Of a stretch of DNA of 64,000 nucleotides, positions 12,025 to 24,279 are shown piece after piece (within the stretch, counting starts at the first letter, position 1; the number at the start of each line of letters is the position of its first letter). The DNA is taken from NCBI GenBank assembly GCA_002189035.1, contig NEEC01000011.1:2232001-2296000 (forward strand), given 5' to 3'. A model generated the notes under the pieces. That model did no database searches. It had not been told where the DNA came from and saw nothing but the letters and a program-made list of their open reading frames with translations. Origin of the DNA: Utricularia gibba (lineage: Eukaryota; Plantae; Magnoliophyta). The translations under genes and the position numbers were made by a program.

Positions 12025-12504
12025 ATGCTGCACCGGGGCCGGAGCACATGCGCCTCATGCAAGCACCAGAGGAAGAAATGCACCGACAAGTGCGCCATGG
12101 CGCCCCACTTCCCGGCGGACCGGAGTCGCGAGTTCCGAGCTGTGCACAAGGTGTTCGGGGTTAGCAACATCACCAAGCTCGTCGGGGGGCTCAGCCAGGA
12201 CGACCAGCGGCGCGCCGTCGAGTCGCTCGTGTGGGAGGCGATGTGTTGGCACAGGGATCCCCGGCGGGGGCCCTACGGCGAGTACCAGAGGCTTCTGGAG
12301 GAGCTGAGGAGGTGCAAGAGCGGATACCATCAGAGTCTGATGATCAGCAACGGTTTGGGGAATTCCCCGTTCTACCCTTATGGATATCCGCACCACCATG
12401 GGTATCAGGAGGGTCGGGGTGCGAGGGCAGAAAAGGAAACGGCGCCGGTGATGGTGACCCAAGTGCAGCCGTACATGGTTAATGGTTTCAACCATCAACC
12501 TTGA
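12025..12504 (+). CDS. LBD2: LOB-domain transcription factor, LBD2-like, intronless
   Basis: CASCKHQRKKC..C C-block, EFRAVHKVFGVSNI GAS block and WEA..DP..GPYGEY. TATATAA at about 11972. The ATG at 12025 is preferred over the upstream TTG. Confidence 0.88.
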   Translation: MLHRGRSTCASCKHQRKKCTDKCAMAPHFPADRSREFRAVHKVFGVSNITKLVGGLSQDDQRRAVESLVWEAMCWHRDPRRGPYGEYQRLLEELRRCKSGYHQSLMISNGLGNSPFYPYGYPHHHGYQEGRGARAEKETAPVMVTQVQPYMVNGFNHQP

Positions 12505-12732
12505 TTGTTGTTTTATTATGTAATAATTATGATTTTGATATACTTTTCTTTATAATTAGAATAAAAAATATTTTTTTAAAAGGTGGGCCCGGGCCTGTCT
12601 GAATTGATGGGCCATTTTTGTTTGAAAGAACGGTGGCCTCTGTGTGCGGCCGGCCCATTAGGTTTTGGCACCAGAGTGTGGGAGGGCGGGAAAAGGAAAG
12701 AGGGACTAGACGCCGGTGCGACAGGTAGTGGA

Positions 12733-13562
12733 GTGGCCCCGGTCCTTGGCTGTTTGCGCTCCGCCGGAAAATCAATGGCCATGCTCAATGCAGGGGTTTT
12801 CCTCTTCTGCCTCCTGTATTTCGACTCCGGATGCCGTGCCCTCGGCATTGACTCTCAATTGGCTTCGGAATGTCATGGTGATAGCGCATTCTAACCACGG
12901 GAAGGCCAAGTTGATGGATCAGGTAGGTTTGACAGTGTGGCGGTTATATTCTCTCACGAGCGAACGCTGGATTCTTTCAGCCTAGAGGGGGAGGTGGTAT
13001 CACCGCCGTCTCGAAGGTGATTCTCAGCCTACCTGATGTTTGAAGTTTGACGTTAATTCAAAAGGACAGCTCCACTTTTTTTTTTTTTTCTGCCCTTGGT
13101 TTAATTGGAGGCTGAAGTGTAGGGGTTTCAAACTGTTTTTTTTTTTTTTTTTTAATGTGGGCGGTGAATATACATGAAGCACATATTTGCTGGCTATGAT
13201 GACAAAAAGGCCGGACTTACGGCTGCTACTATTCTGTGGGTAGTAGGATGATGTAAGCGTGCATAAGGTATCTGCGTCTGAGCCAATGTACCAATGTTTC
13301 TTCTGCATCTACATGTGCTTGATCCAAGAATTGAGTGTAAAAGCAAGATTATTCATTCTTATCGCTCATATAATTCATTGGATGTGGATGAAGATGCTGC
13401 CGTTTGTATTTTCATGCTCCCATCTGATATACTGTGTAAACATACTCTAACGTTATTTTGGTTGGAAAATTCTTATTTCATTGTTTTCACGGGATGGCTT
13501 TTGCCATTACTGAAGAAAGATTGAGTGAGGTTGAGAGTCAGGTGTTTGATCTTTTCACTAAT
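12733..13562 (+). pseudogene. Remnant of mitochondrial TypA/BipA translational GTPase (At2g31060-like)
   Basis: Start reads GTG GCC.. (expected MAGP). LRNVMVIAHSNHGKAKLMD corresponds to LRNVAVIAHVDHGKTTLMD with the P-loop destroyed. HERTLDSFSLE..GIT..SK near 12955-13016 and ITEERLSEVESQVFDLFTN at about 13506-13562 follow, with frameshifts. The rest of the gene is not recognisable. Confidence 0.78.
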
Positions 13563-13849
13563 CCCATATGAAGTACTCCTCTTGTTCATCCGTGTACATT
13601 TCATGAAGAGGAGAATCAGAGAGTGTGATGGTTACTGATCTTGTAGTAGATAAAACTGAAAAAAAAGGGCTTCAATGTTTGGGCTGCTGTTCCTTTGTCA
13701 ATTCCAAGCATTTTATTCAACTAAATGGACCATGACTGTAGTTGAGAACTTATAAGGTGGTTTAGCAGATTTTCAGACAGTTTTTTTAAAGTAGCTATAA
13801 CAAATGTCAAAGGTATTAATCTACTTCACTTTCTGCTGCAGGACATGAT

Positions 13850-14340
13850 GTAGCTGAACCTTCTGGCTGTCAATCCGCGCTTCCATCAATCTGGCCTTTA
13901 AACTACTCTTGTTTTGGCCATCCTTTACCATGAATTACTTGGGACCTTCTTCCAGACTCCAACGACCTCCATTCTGGCCAAGTTTTGTTATATTGCCATG
14001 GACTGCAATAATGATGCCGTTCCCCCATTGCCAGAGCTTCGTCATAGATGAAACCTTCTTTTCAACAGGCCGACCTCATAAACTTCCGTGATTGGAGTTC
14101 CCTCCCATCCCTTCTTCTCCAACTCCTCCACTCTATTAGTGAAACTGCAGGCATGAAAGTAATGAGCTCCATGATATTTTGCTGGAGACTGTTTGTTACA
14201 GAATTCTTGACATGAACCCATTCATTCAAGAAGAGAGCTCAAGTGGGCATCTAGTTCCTCTAGCAAAGCGATCCTCTGAGGGCAATTGGTGAAGCGGAGC
14301 ATGTTGTCAGCCAGCCCGTAACTTGATTCATAGAAGCTTC
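13850..14340 (-). pseudogene. Possible degenerate coding remnant (weak PPR-like words)
   Basis: Coding-like composition with stops in all frames. Fragments CSFTNRVEELEKKGW..YEVGLLK, FIYDEALAM and GVWKKVPSNSW only loosely resemble PPR motifs. Confidence 0.25.
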
Positions 14341-14455
14341 CTTTGGTGATGGTTATTTGCTCACTGGTAGATGATCAGAAGAGATGTTATCAATTTTTTT
14401 ATTAGTAATAAAATCTTCATTTTTATTTTTTTAGAAATGTATTTTCAAAATTATA

Positions 14456-14575
14456 TGGGGCCCAAGAACGTGAACCAGGGCCCATAATTGAAGGAACGAA
14501 AGCCCAACAGGCTCAGATTTGGGAAAGGCCAATCGGATCCTGGAAGCGGGTCGAAGGGAAGATCCGGCCCGAGGT
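14456..14575. promoter_or_regulatory. Cluster of site II (TGGGCY, TCP-binding) motifs upstream of the organellar DNA polymerase
   Basis: TGGGGCCCA at 14456, GGGCCCAT at 14478, AGCCCA at 14501 and GGCCCG at about 14567. Site II clusters are typical of growth and organelle-biogenesis promoters. Confidence 0.5.
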
Positions 14576-14913
14576 GGAATAATTTGCGGGCGTTATTTTA
14601 GGGATTCATTCAAGGCGTCACTGCAGAAGGAATAAAATAAATTAAAATTCATTTTTATTCATTTCTATTTTAATATTCTGAGCTGTGCGTGTTCCTTCTT
14701 CCCTCTCTCTCGTTTCAGCCACATGCCGTCCGCCCCTTCACTTTCGGGCGAGCAGCCGATAAATCTCTGTAAAACCCTCACATTGACGGCGCCCAGTTGA
14801 CTTATCTAGTAGATTTTTTTCCCAAAATTATCAATTTCTACATCAAGACGGCAGCGTTGTGTTGTACTAGCGCCAGCAAGAGGCTGTGCAGAGCTGGAGC
14901 TGCTGTGGTGAAA

Positions 14914-17900
14914 ATGGGGTTCAGTGCTCAGAGTACGAGTTTTGGGAAGTCTTATGTTCGCCCACCGCACTTGTGGGTCTGCCGTTCATGTACCCAGTTT
15001 TATTTCTTTTCTTCTTCCAGCAGGTCTCTCTGCAGGTTCAACCTTTATATCTGATTCTTGTTGTTTTTTTCTGTCTTTTATTGTTTGCTATAGCGTTTTC
15101 TGTTGTGTGTTTTTGGTATGTCTTTTGGGTTCCATATGTGTTGCTTGTTTTACTTTTGCAGGCGTGAAGATAAACGTAGCCAGAATGTGAAGGGTCTCGT
15201 CACATGCAGAAGAAACGGGAACGCTTATGTGGTTGAGTTGAATCAAAGATTCGGTTATTGCACATTTCAGCAAAGAGAAAGCAGGATTCAATACCGTCAA
15301 AGAAATGATACTCAGCGTCCTCGGTTCAGTAATTCTCTTAACTACGGAGTGGATACTGTATGTATTCGTCACATTGCTTGCATAGAATTGTAAACGCTCA
15401 TTGTCTTTCCATTTTCTTATTGATTTTGTTGTAACTATGCTGCAGGGTGAAGATCAAGGTGTTGGAAAAATGCAATACCAGCAGAGAAATATTCCTCAGT
15501 TCAGTAATTCTTATAACCACAGAAGGCTGGGTGAAGAAAAAAATTATTATCATCCTATTCGTGGACGTACTGAAGATTGGAAGAAAGTTACCGAAGGTTT
15601 TAGAAAGAACAAGGCATTGTTTACTGAAGTAGCAACGACAAATTCCAACGTGTTGACAGAAATGGATATCGGTGAAAAGATTAAGTCTCAAAAGGCGGAT
15701 ATTGTATGTTTTTGCTCAGATTTTTCTGATCTAGAATTTATCAGTTCAATAAGTCGTGGCTTACTCATTTTATGTTTGAGGGTTTTGTTTTGATTTTTAT
15801 TTTAATTATCTCACAGGGTGAAGGACAAGGAGTTGGACTGAGCGTCTGTGAGAAGGAATATGATAGTTCTAGACGAAATCAGCTTCCTGTTTTTCATGGC
15901 CCAACTCATTTACTTCGCGTGGAACTACCATGCGAAAATGCAGTGGATTTGATTGCACCAGGAAGACCATCAATCTCAGAAGGTGAACTTCCTGGGGATA
16001 GTACATGTGATACTGAGAAATACAAATCCTTTGATGATCTAGATGTTCCAAGAGATTGCATTGATGAGCATTTGAATATGGTAGTAGCTTCTTCTGAGGA
16101 TATGGAGATTCATCAGAAATTGGGACAGGTCTACGACAGGGTTCTTGTGGTTGATAGCATTCCTGCTGCCAAGAGAGTTGTCAGTCTGTTGACGAATGAA
16201 TTTAAAAATTTTATTCATGCGTGTGATACAGAGGTACCTCATTCTTCTAATTATATGTTTAGTTTCTGCGCATCATGGTGCTGAATTCCTTAAGATTTTT
16301 CGTATTCAGAAGTTAACCATTTCAGGTGGCCAATATTGACGTAAAAGAAGAAACTCCTGTAGATCATGGCAGTGTTATATGTTTCAGCATATATTCTGGT
16401 CCTGATGCAGATTTTGGAGAGGGTAAATCCTGTATCTGGGTAGATGTTCTTGATGGAGGTGGAAAGGATATGATGAAGGAGTTTGCTCCTTTTTTTGAAG
16501 ACGAGTCAATAAAAAAGGTGCACTATGGAGTATACTTTAGTTCTTTGTTCTCTGTCTTTCAACTCCTTTTGGATTGTTTGCTTACCTTATGCACACCATC
16601 TTATTGTTGTAGGTCTGGCATAATTACAGTTTTGATAGCCATGTACTCGAGAATTATGGGATTAGGCTTTGCGGTTTCTATGCTGATACAATGCACATGG
16701 CCCGTTTATGGAATTCAGCACGACGCACTGAAGGTGGGTACTCCCTTGAAGCACTGTCTGGTGACTTGCGGATCATGTCTGATGCCAAGGAAGGCCATGG
16801 TGAGGATGTGGGTGGAAAGATATCCATGAAGACCATTTTTGGAAAGAAAAAAGTTAAAAAAGACGGATCATTTGGTAAATTGATCACCATCCCTCCTGTT
16901 GATCAGCTGCAACGAGATGAGAGAAAATTGTGGATTTGCTATTCTGTGATAGACTCTATAAGCACCCTAAAGCTTTATGAAAGTTTGGAAAAAAAACTGA
17001 GGAAAAGACCATGGAGTGTTGATGGGTATTTTAGAGGTTCCATGTTTAATTTTTACCTAGACTACCTGCGTCCATTTGGGGAGCTTCTTGTAAAAATGGA
17101 GAGAGAGGGAATGCTGGTTGATCGTGCATACCTTGCTGAGATTGAAAAGATTGCTAAAGCAGAGCAGCAGGTTGCGACAGACAGATTTCGAAAGTGGGCA
17201 TCTAAATATTGCCCTGATGCCAAGTACATGAATATTGGAAGTGATGCACAGCTGCGCCAGCTCTTTTTTGGTGGTGTGCAAAACAGGTTTAGTTCTTTTT
17301 TTTTCGCTGCCAATTCTTTTAGATTGAGATGATTGTTCCAAGGATTGAAATTTCTTTTTTCTATGCTTCTCACAGCAAGGACCATAATGAGTTTCTTCCG
17401 ATAGTAAAGGAATTTAAAGTTCCAAACGTAGATGGTATTATTGAACAAGGGAAGAAGACCCCTTCTAAGCTTCTAAAAATCACATTGCGCAAGCCTGATG
17501 GTGTTAACATTGTGACTGATAAGTACACGGCAAGTGGCTGGCCCTCTGTCAGTGGAGACGTTCTGAAGGATCTTGCCGGGAAGGTTTCTGCTGATTATGA
17601 CTTCCTGGATGAAAACATTGGCGAAGAGTCCAGTGAAACTGTGGCAGAACCTTCTGATCCTGAGATAAAGACTGCTCTCCCAGATAGGGATACTTCTCTT
17701 TACGGCTCAGCTTATGCTGCATTTGGTTCTGGACAGGAAGGTAAAGAAGCATGCCACGCCATTGCAGCTTTGTGTGAAGTATGTTCGATAGATTCGTTAA
17801 TATCCAACTTCATTATCCCATTGCAGGTACTTTTTTCCATCCTTTTCAAGCTATATCATTGTAATGCTGATGAATTTTATAGACATCTTTTGTTACTGTT

Positions 17901-19275
17901 CTGTCTTATCCTCTGTCAAATGCAGGGCCATCATATATCAGGAAGGAATGGAAGAATCCATTGTTCTCTGAACATCAACACTGAAACTGGGAGATTATCT
18001 GCAAGGCGACCCAATTTGCAGAATCAACCAGCATTAGAGAAGGACCGATACAAGATCCGTCAGGCGTTTATTGCTTCACCAGGGAACTCCTTGATTGTTG
18101 CTGATTATGGACAGGCAATAATTTCAAAAACTCCCTACAAAGAATACTATTTTATACCTGGATTTCGATTGTGATGGAATGCTATTCTGTAATCAGTTGG
18201 AACTTAGGATCCTTGCTCACTTGGCCGACTGCAAAAGCATGTTAGATGCATTTAAAGCTGGAGGGGACTTCCACTCTAGGACTGCCATGAATATGTATCA
18301 GCATATTCGTGATGCTGTGCACCAGAATGACGTTCTGCTGGAGTGGCATCCACAACCTGGTGAAGACAAGCCTCCAGTTCCCTTGCTAAAGGTATCCATC
18401 CAAAGGCACTCTGCTGATAATCTGCAGTAGAATTTCTGTTTATTTGAGCAATCCCAGCATATGATTCATGACTTTTCATTTCACTCTGGATTTTTAAGGA
18501 TGCATTCGCCTCTGAAAGAAGAAAAGCAAAGATGCTCAACTTTTCCATAGCTTATGGGAAAACAGTTGTGGGTCTGGCCCGGGACTGGAAGGTTCTTTCC
18601 CTGTCTGCTTCCATCTTACATGCTAATTTTTTCTTGGTTTCTCAGACATGCCATTCCTCACAGGTTTCTCGCGAGGAAGCACAGGAGACAGTCGACCGAT
18701 GGTACAGCGATAGACAAGAAGTGCGGGCTTGGCAACAAGAACGGAAGAAGGAGGCCAAAGAATTCGGAAAGGTACACACACTGCTCGGGAGAGCTAGACA
18801 CTTCCCCTCAATGAAAAATGCAACTTCTGCCCACAAAGGTCACATCGAGCGTGCTGCCATCAACACCCCTGTCCAGGTCTGAGCTAACTCCCTTCTTGGG
18901 GTGCTTACATTTCATACTCTTTTGCAAATCTGCAACATGCTACGCACTTACAGGGAAGTGCTGCGGATGTGGCAATGTGCGCGATGTTGGAAATATCAAA
19001 AAATGCCCGCTTACACGAACTTGGATGGAGGCTTGTTCTACAGGTGAACATCCAAATCCTTCTCGCGCAGGCTTGTAACTAGACTTGGCTCAGTGGATCA
19101 TATCCTTAAACAGGTGCATGATGAAGTGATCCTGGAAGGACCCTCTGAATCAGCAGAGGAGGCGAAGGCCATCGTCGTAAACTGCATGTCGAAGCCGTTT
19201 AACGGCGAAAACTTCCTCAAAGTTGAGTTGGCTGTGGATGCAAAATGTGCTCCAAACTGGTATTCAGCCAAGTGA
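14914..19275 (+). CDS. POL1B: Plant organellar DNA polymerase I (POP, POL1A/POL1B-like), 13 exons
   Basis: Exons 14914-15023, 15162-15357, 15446-15703, 15817-16233, 16326-16517, 16613-17286, 17376-17826, 17926-18114, 18197-18391, 18499-18591, 18664-18876, 18954-19043, 19114-19275. Exonuclease HACDTE and VWHNYSFD; PolA motifs TETGRLSARRPNLQN, ADYGQLELR, RRKAKMLNFSIAYG and QVHDE. GC donor at 18115. The paralog assignment (A vs B) is arbitrary. Confidence 0.95.
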
Positions 19276-20626
19276 GATGAGACTGTTCTGTGGCGTGATC
19301 TGGAGGGGGGTGTATGTACGTAGTCCAGCCTTTCTCTTTGCTTTGCAGCTAGCTGACTTTCTGGTAATGCAAGTCATCTTTTTGCTCATGCATAGCAAGA
19401 AGCAACATACCATACAAATACGGGCCTGGGCACACGGTCCACGGACCGTTGCCGGTCTGAACCGGTCCGTGCCCACCAATAAGTCAGTGGTTGTAACGGG
19501 CCGGGAGAAGTCCATGTAAATATCCGTTTTGTTGGGCAGGAGACGTTATTTGCGTCCAGGCAACCTGCACTCGGCCCATATTGGGCTGGACCGTGAGTCT
19601 ATTGTGGGCCATAGCCCATTAAAATGTCCTGTGAAACACGGGTTGTACCTGGAGCGTTTCGAGGCCCGTCGTGGTGAAGTGTGTTGATCAGATTTTGCGG
19701 GAGGAGGAATTTGATGTTTTCTGCTTGAAAAAAATTGAACATGTGTACGGGCGTGGCGGTGATTGGCTGTTTCTGGAGAGAATGCCGTCGGACGATCGAC
19801 GCCGGAGAAACAAACGCGGACGGGTTTCGCCGTGGGCGGTTGCTGAATTTGTTTGTCACGAGAGGTTCGTTTTTTATTGCAATCTGACTTGACAGCATTT
19901 TTTTCACAATATTTACATGATTTGTGGACGCTTTTCATTTCCGCATTTCTTGTTGTTGGCTGCAAGTTTCCGTTTTGAAGATTCAATTTTCTCTTTTTTA
20001 GGTACTTGTGAATCTCCAAGTTTCTTCACTGCCCTTTTTTTTTTCAAAATATGGGAGTTGGTTCATGCATCAGAATGGTTGCTATCTGAAATGATTCACC
20101 AACATATCCGTAAAATCATGTGGGAAAAGCACATTTTTTTGAGATTGGAGCCCAAAAGCTGAAAGTGAAACATTGTTTACTAGTGCTTTTCTTTTTGAAC
20201 TGATTTTGTAGAATGGCTCGGACCCTCGAGGATCTGCTAAACCAGTTTTCCCTCAAGTCCAGAGAATCGTCTTCATGTGCACGACCACCTCCATCATCCT
20301 CAGGTGCTAAAGCCGCACCAACCAAACGCAACACATGTTAAGATCCATAGATGCAGGAGGAGATCCATAAGAGAAGCAGCCGAAGTAGCAACAAAACCCC
20401 GATGCTGTTTCGTCAGATGCATGGCATTCCTGTGAAGCCGAAGTCAAGCCTGTAAAAAAGTCGAGTGCCAAGACATGGGAGAATCCTATAGCTGAAGGCG
20501 ATGTCTTGTTGCGTCCTCCGAGGACTTGTGAAACTCGTCTCCAAGTTCATCCTTGTTTACGTTCAAACTGAAAATTATGCGTTCACTCGCTGAAGTTGAA
20601 GAGGAGACTTAGTTCAGAGAGGTTTA

Positions 20627-22340
<1,714 letters not shown>

Positions 22341-22578
22341 CGCCTGCAGCTTCTACCAATGAAAAGTCTCCACGTGTCTCATGGCGAAATCAAATACGAT
22401 ACGCAACCCGTCGCCTTCTGCAAGTTGATTACCAAATAACATTTTAAAATGCATCTCATAATAAAATAATGTTTATATTTTAATCCTCGTGATTCGGATC
22501 TGCTCAGTACCCGTCTTGGGAGAATCGGATCCTCCTCCCTTTCCTGCTCCGCAGCTTCACGCGTTCCTTACTGTAGCC

Positions 22579-23610
22579 ATGGTTGCCGCAGTGTTGATCG
22601 TTTGGCAAGTATTATACAGGACGAAGAAATGCCGCCAATCCTTATTTTCTTGTGTAACGAAGATTAGGTAGATCTCGTTGAGTGATTTTCTACTATTCGA
22701 TTTTATTTTTGTAGAATGCGGAGTTGTTTAGACTTACTTCCGGTATCATGGTCTGCCAACTAAGGACCGATCTGGAGGAGGTAAACAAGCAGCTAGATCA
22801 AATGCACTCACTCGGTTTTCGGTGCTTTTATTTTGTATGGGGGAAGGAGTGGACTTGAGTTGTTCTTGTCAATTTAGTTTTTTAATCCGTCTGCCTAATC
22901 GGTGCCATGTTTCAGGGGCTATATTGTCGGTCTCCGCCTGGTAGATGAATTTCTAGCGAAATCTAATGTCTCCAGATGTGTTGATTTTAGGGAAAACACG
23001 CCAAGGTCTGCACACATTCTGTTTCTTAACAGTGTTGAATGAATTGTTCTTTGAATTTTGCAATGGCGATCACTATTAGACCTTGGAGTGGAGAAGCTGC
23101 TCCACCAGTATAGCTTTGATCATCTTCGCTGTTAAAGAGTAGAGATTAAGCTACCTCCAAAGAAATGGCCACACCCACTCGTGTCAGTGCTGAGTTCTTA
23201 GTTCGGTTTGCACTACCCTAGAAGAGATGTATCATGTATGTGACCTTGGTCAAGTATCTCCGTGTTCAGCCCAGGTGGGGTTCAAGCTGCTCCTTGGTGT
23301 CACTGCGTCTGCGACCAACAGGGATGAGAAGGTACAACTTGCAGTCTCACTCTGGAGGACAACCCTCTTGAAGATTTGGTGGAGCTTCCTTGTTACTTGT
23401 CATGGCCTCCATTACTGCAACGTTCTAAGTGGAGTCGCCCATTTATATACATCGTCATTGTCATCAAGCTCCCATGATTGTTTTGCTTTACACATCAGGT
23501 TTCCATGAAAACCGAGGTCACATGGCTGCGCAACATGGTTACAGGAGACGATATATTCGAGTTGCAGGTTAGGTTGCTGAAACAAGTCCATTTGCAGATA
23601 AGATTACTAT
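22579..23610 (+). pseudogene. BET3: Pseudogene of TRAPP subunit BET3/TRAPPC3 retaining introns
   Basis: Exon relics: NAELFRLTSGIMVCQLRTDLEEVNKQLDQM (VEE deleted); GYIVGLRLVDEFLAKSNVSRCVDFRE then a frameshifting deletion; VGFKLLLGVTASATN..LEDNPLE..HYCNVLSGV with two frameshifts and IRGALEM lost; VSMKTEVTW..DDIFELQVRLLKQV with the C-terminus lost. Confidence 0.88.
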
Positions 23611-23685
23611 GGTTTTTGCTTGTTACTCCTCTTATGCCATTGAATTTTTGTGAAATACAGGGGAAAAAGGGGAGACAGCGGTTGT

Positions 23686-24279
23686 CTAGAACGCACTGGC
23701 TACAAGAATGGCCTGTCTGCAGCGCTCCTTGGCCTGCTGGAGCCTCTGATCAAAGGTCTCCTGTTTAACAGCGGCCTTCACCATCTCCAGGTCCATCTCC
23801 ATCAGCTTTAAAACCCTCGATAACTCCGTCACCATTCTCTCCTCCACTTTCCCTTCCTCTCGCAGCACCTCCGCTTCTTCTCTAGCTCTCTCCGCCACGA
23901 TCTCGCCCACCTTCGACAACAACGCCGCCGACCCAAACTCCCGATCCATAAGCCCCACCAACTTCTCCAAAAAATCCACAATCACGTACCCGTTCGGCTT
24001 CTCAATCACGATCGGCTTCGTCCTTTTCCACCCGATCTCGAAATTTGGAGGCTCTGGTTTCACGATCGCTTTTCTATCGCGAATTATCTCCGATTTTCTC
24101 CGCTTCTCAATGGGAAATTCCTCGGCGCTGATTGTGGTTTGCGTCGACGGGGTTGGGAAGTCGGTTTCGGTATCGGTGCTCAGGGAACCGTCTCCGGATT
24201 GCATGCATTTGACGAGCGTCAACGGGGTTGGGATTGGTGTGCGGTGGTAGAAGAAGTGGAGCGGATACAGAGACGCCAT
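23686..24279 (-). CDS. CRR41: Chloroplast protein resembling NDH subcomplex A assembly factor CRR41, intronless
   Basis: Transit-peptide-like N-terminus. KPEPPNFEIGWKRTK, DFLEKL..REFGS, VAERAREEAEVL and ERMVTEL.RVLKLMEMDL..RCRQAILVA match my recollection of At1g51100. The ORF is certain; the name is less so. Confidence 0.72.
   Translation of the reverse strand: MASLYPLHFFYHRTPIPTPLTLVKCMQSGDGSLSTDTETDFPTPSTQTTISAEEFPIEKRRKSEIIRDRKAIVKPEPPNFEIGWKRTKPIVIEKPNGYVIVDFLEKLVGLMDREFGSAALLSKVGEIVAERAREEAEVLREEGKVEERMVTELSRVLKLMEMDLEMVKAAVKQETFDQRLQQAKERCRQAILVASAF

Noticed and set aside
18115-18196. GC donor in the polymerase gene read as a defect
   Set aside because: GC-AG introns are a normal minor class, and the flanking exons join perfectly (ADYGQ|LELR).
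19428-19474. Short GC-rich palindromic cluster (ACGGTCC-AC-GGACCGT, GGGCAC..GTGCCC) as a MITE or miRNA
   Set aside because: Too short and imperfect, with no target-site duplication or long stem identified.
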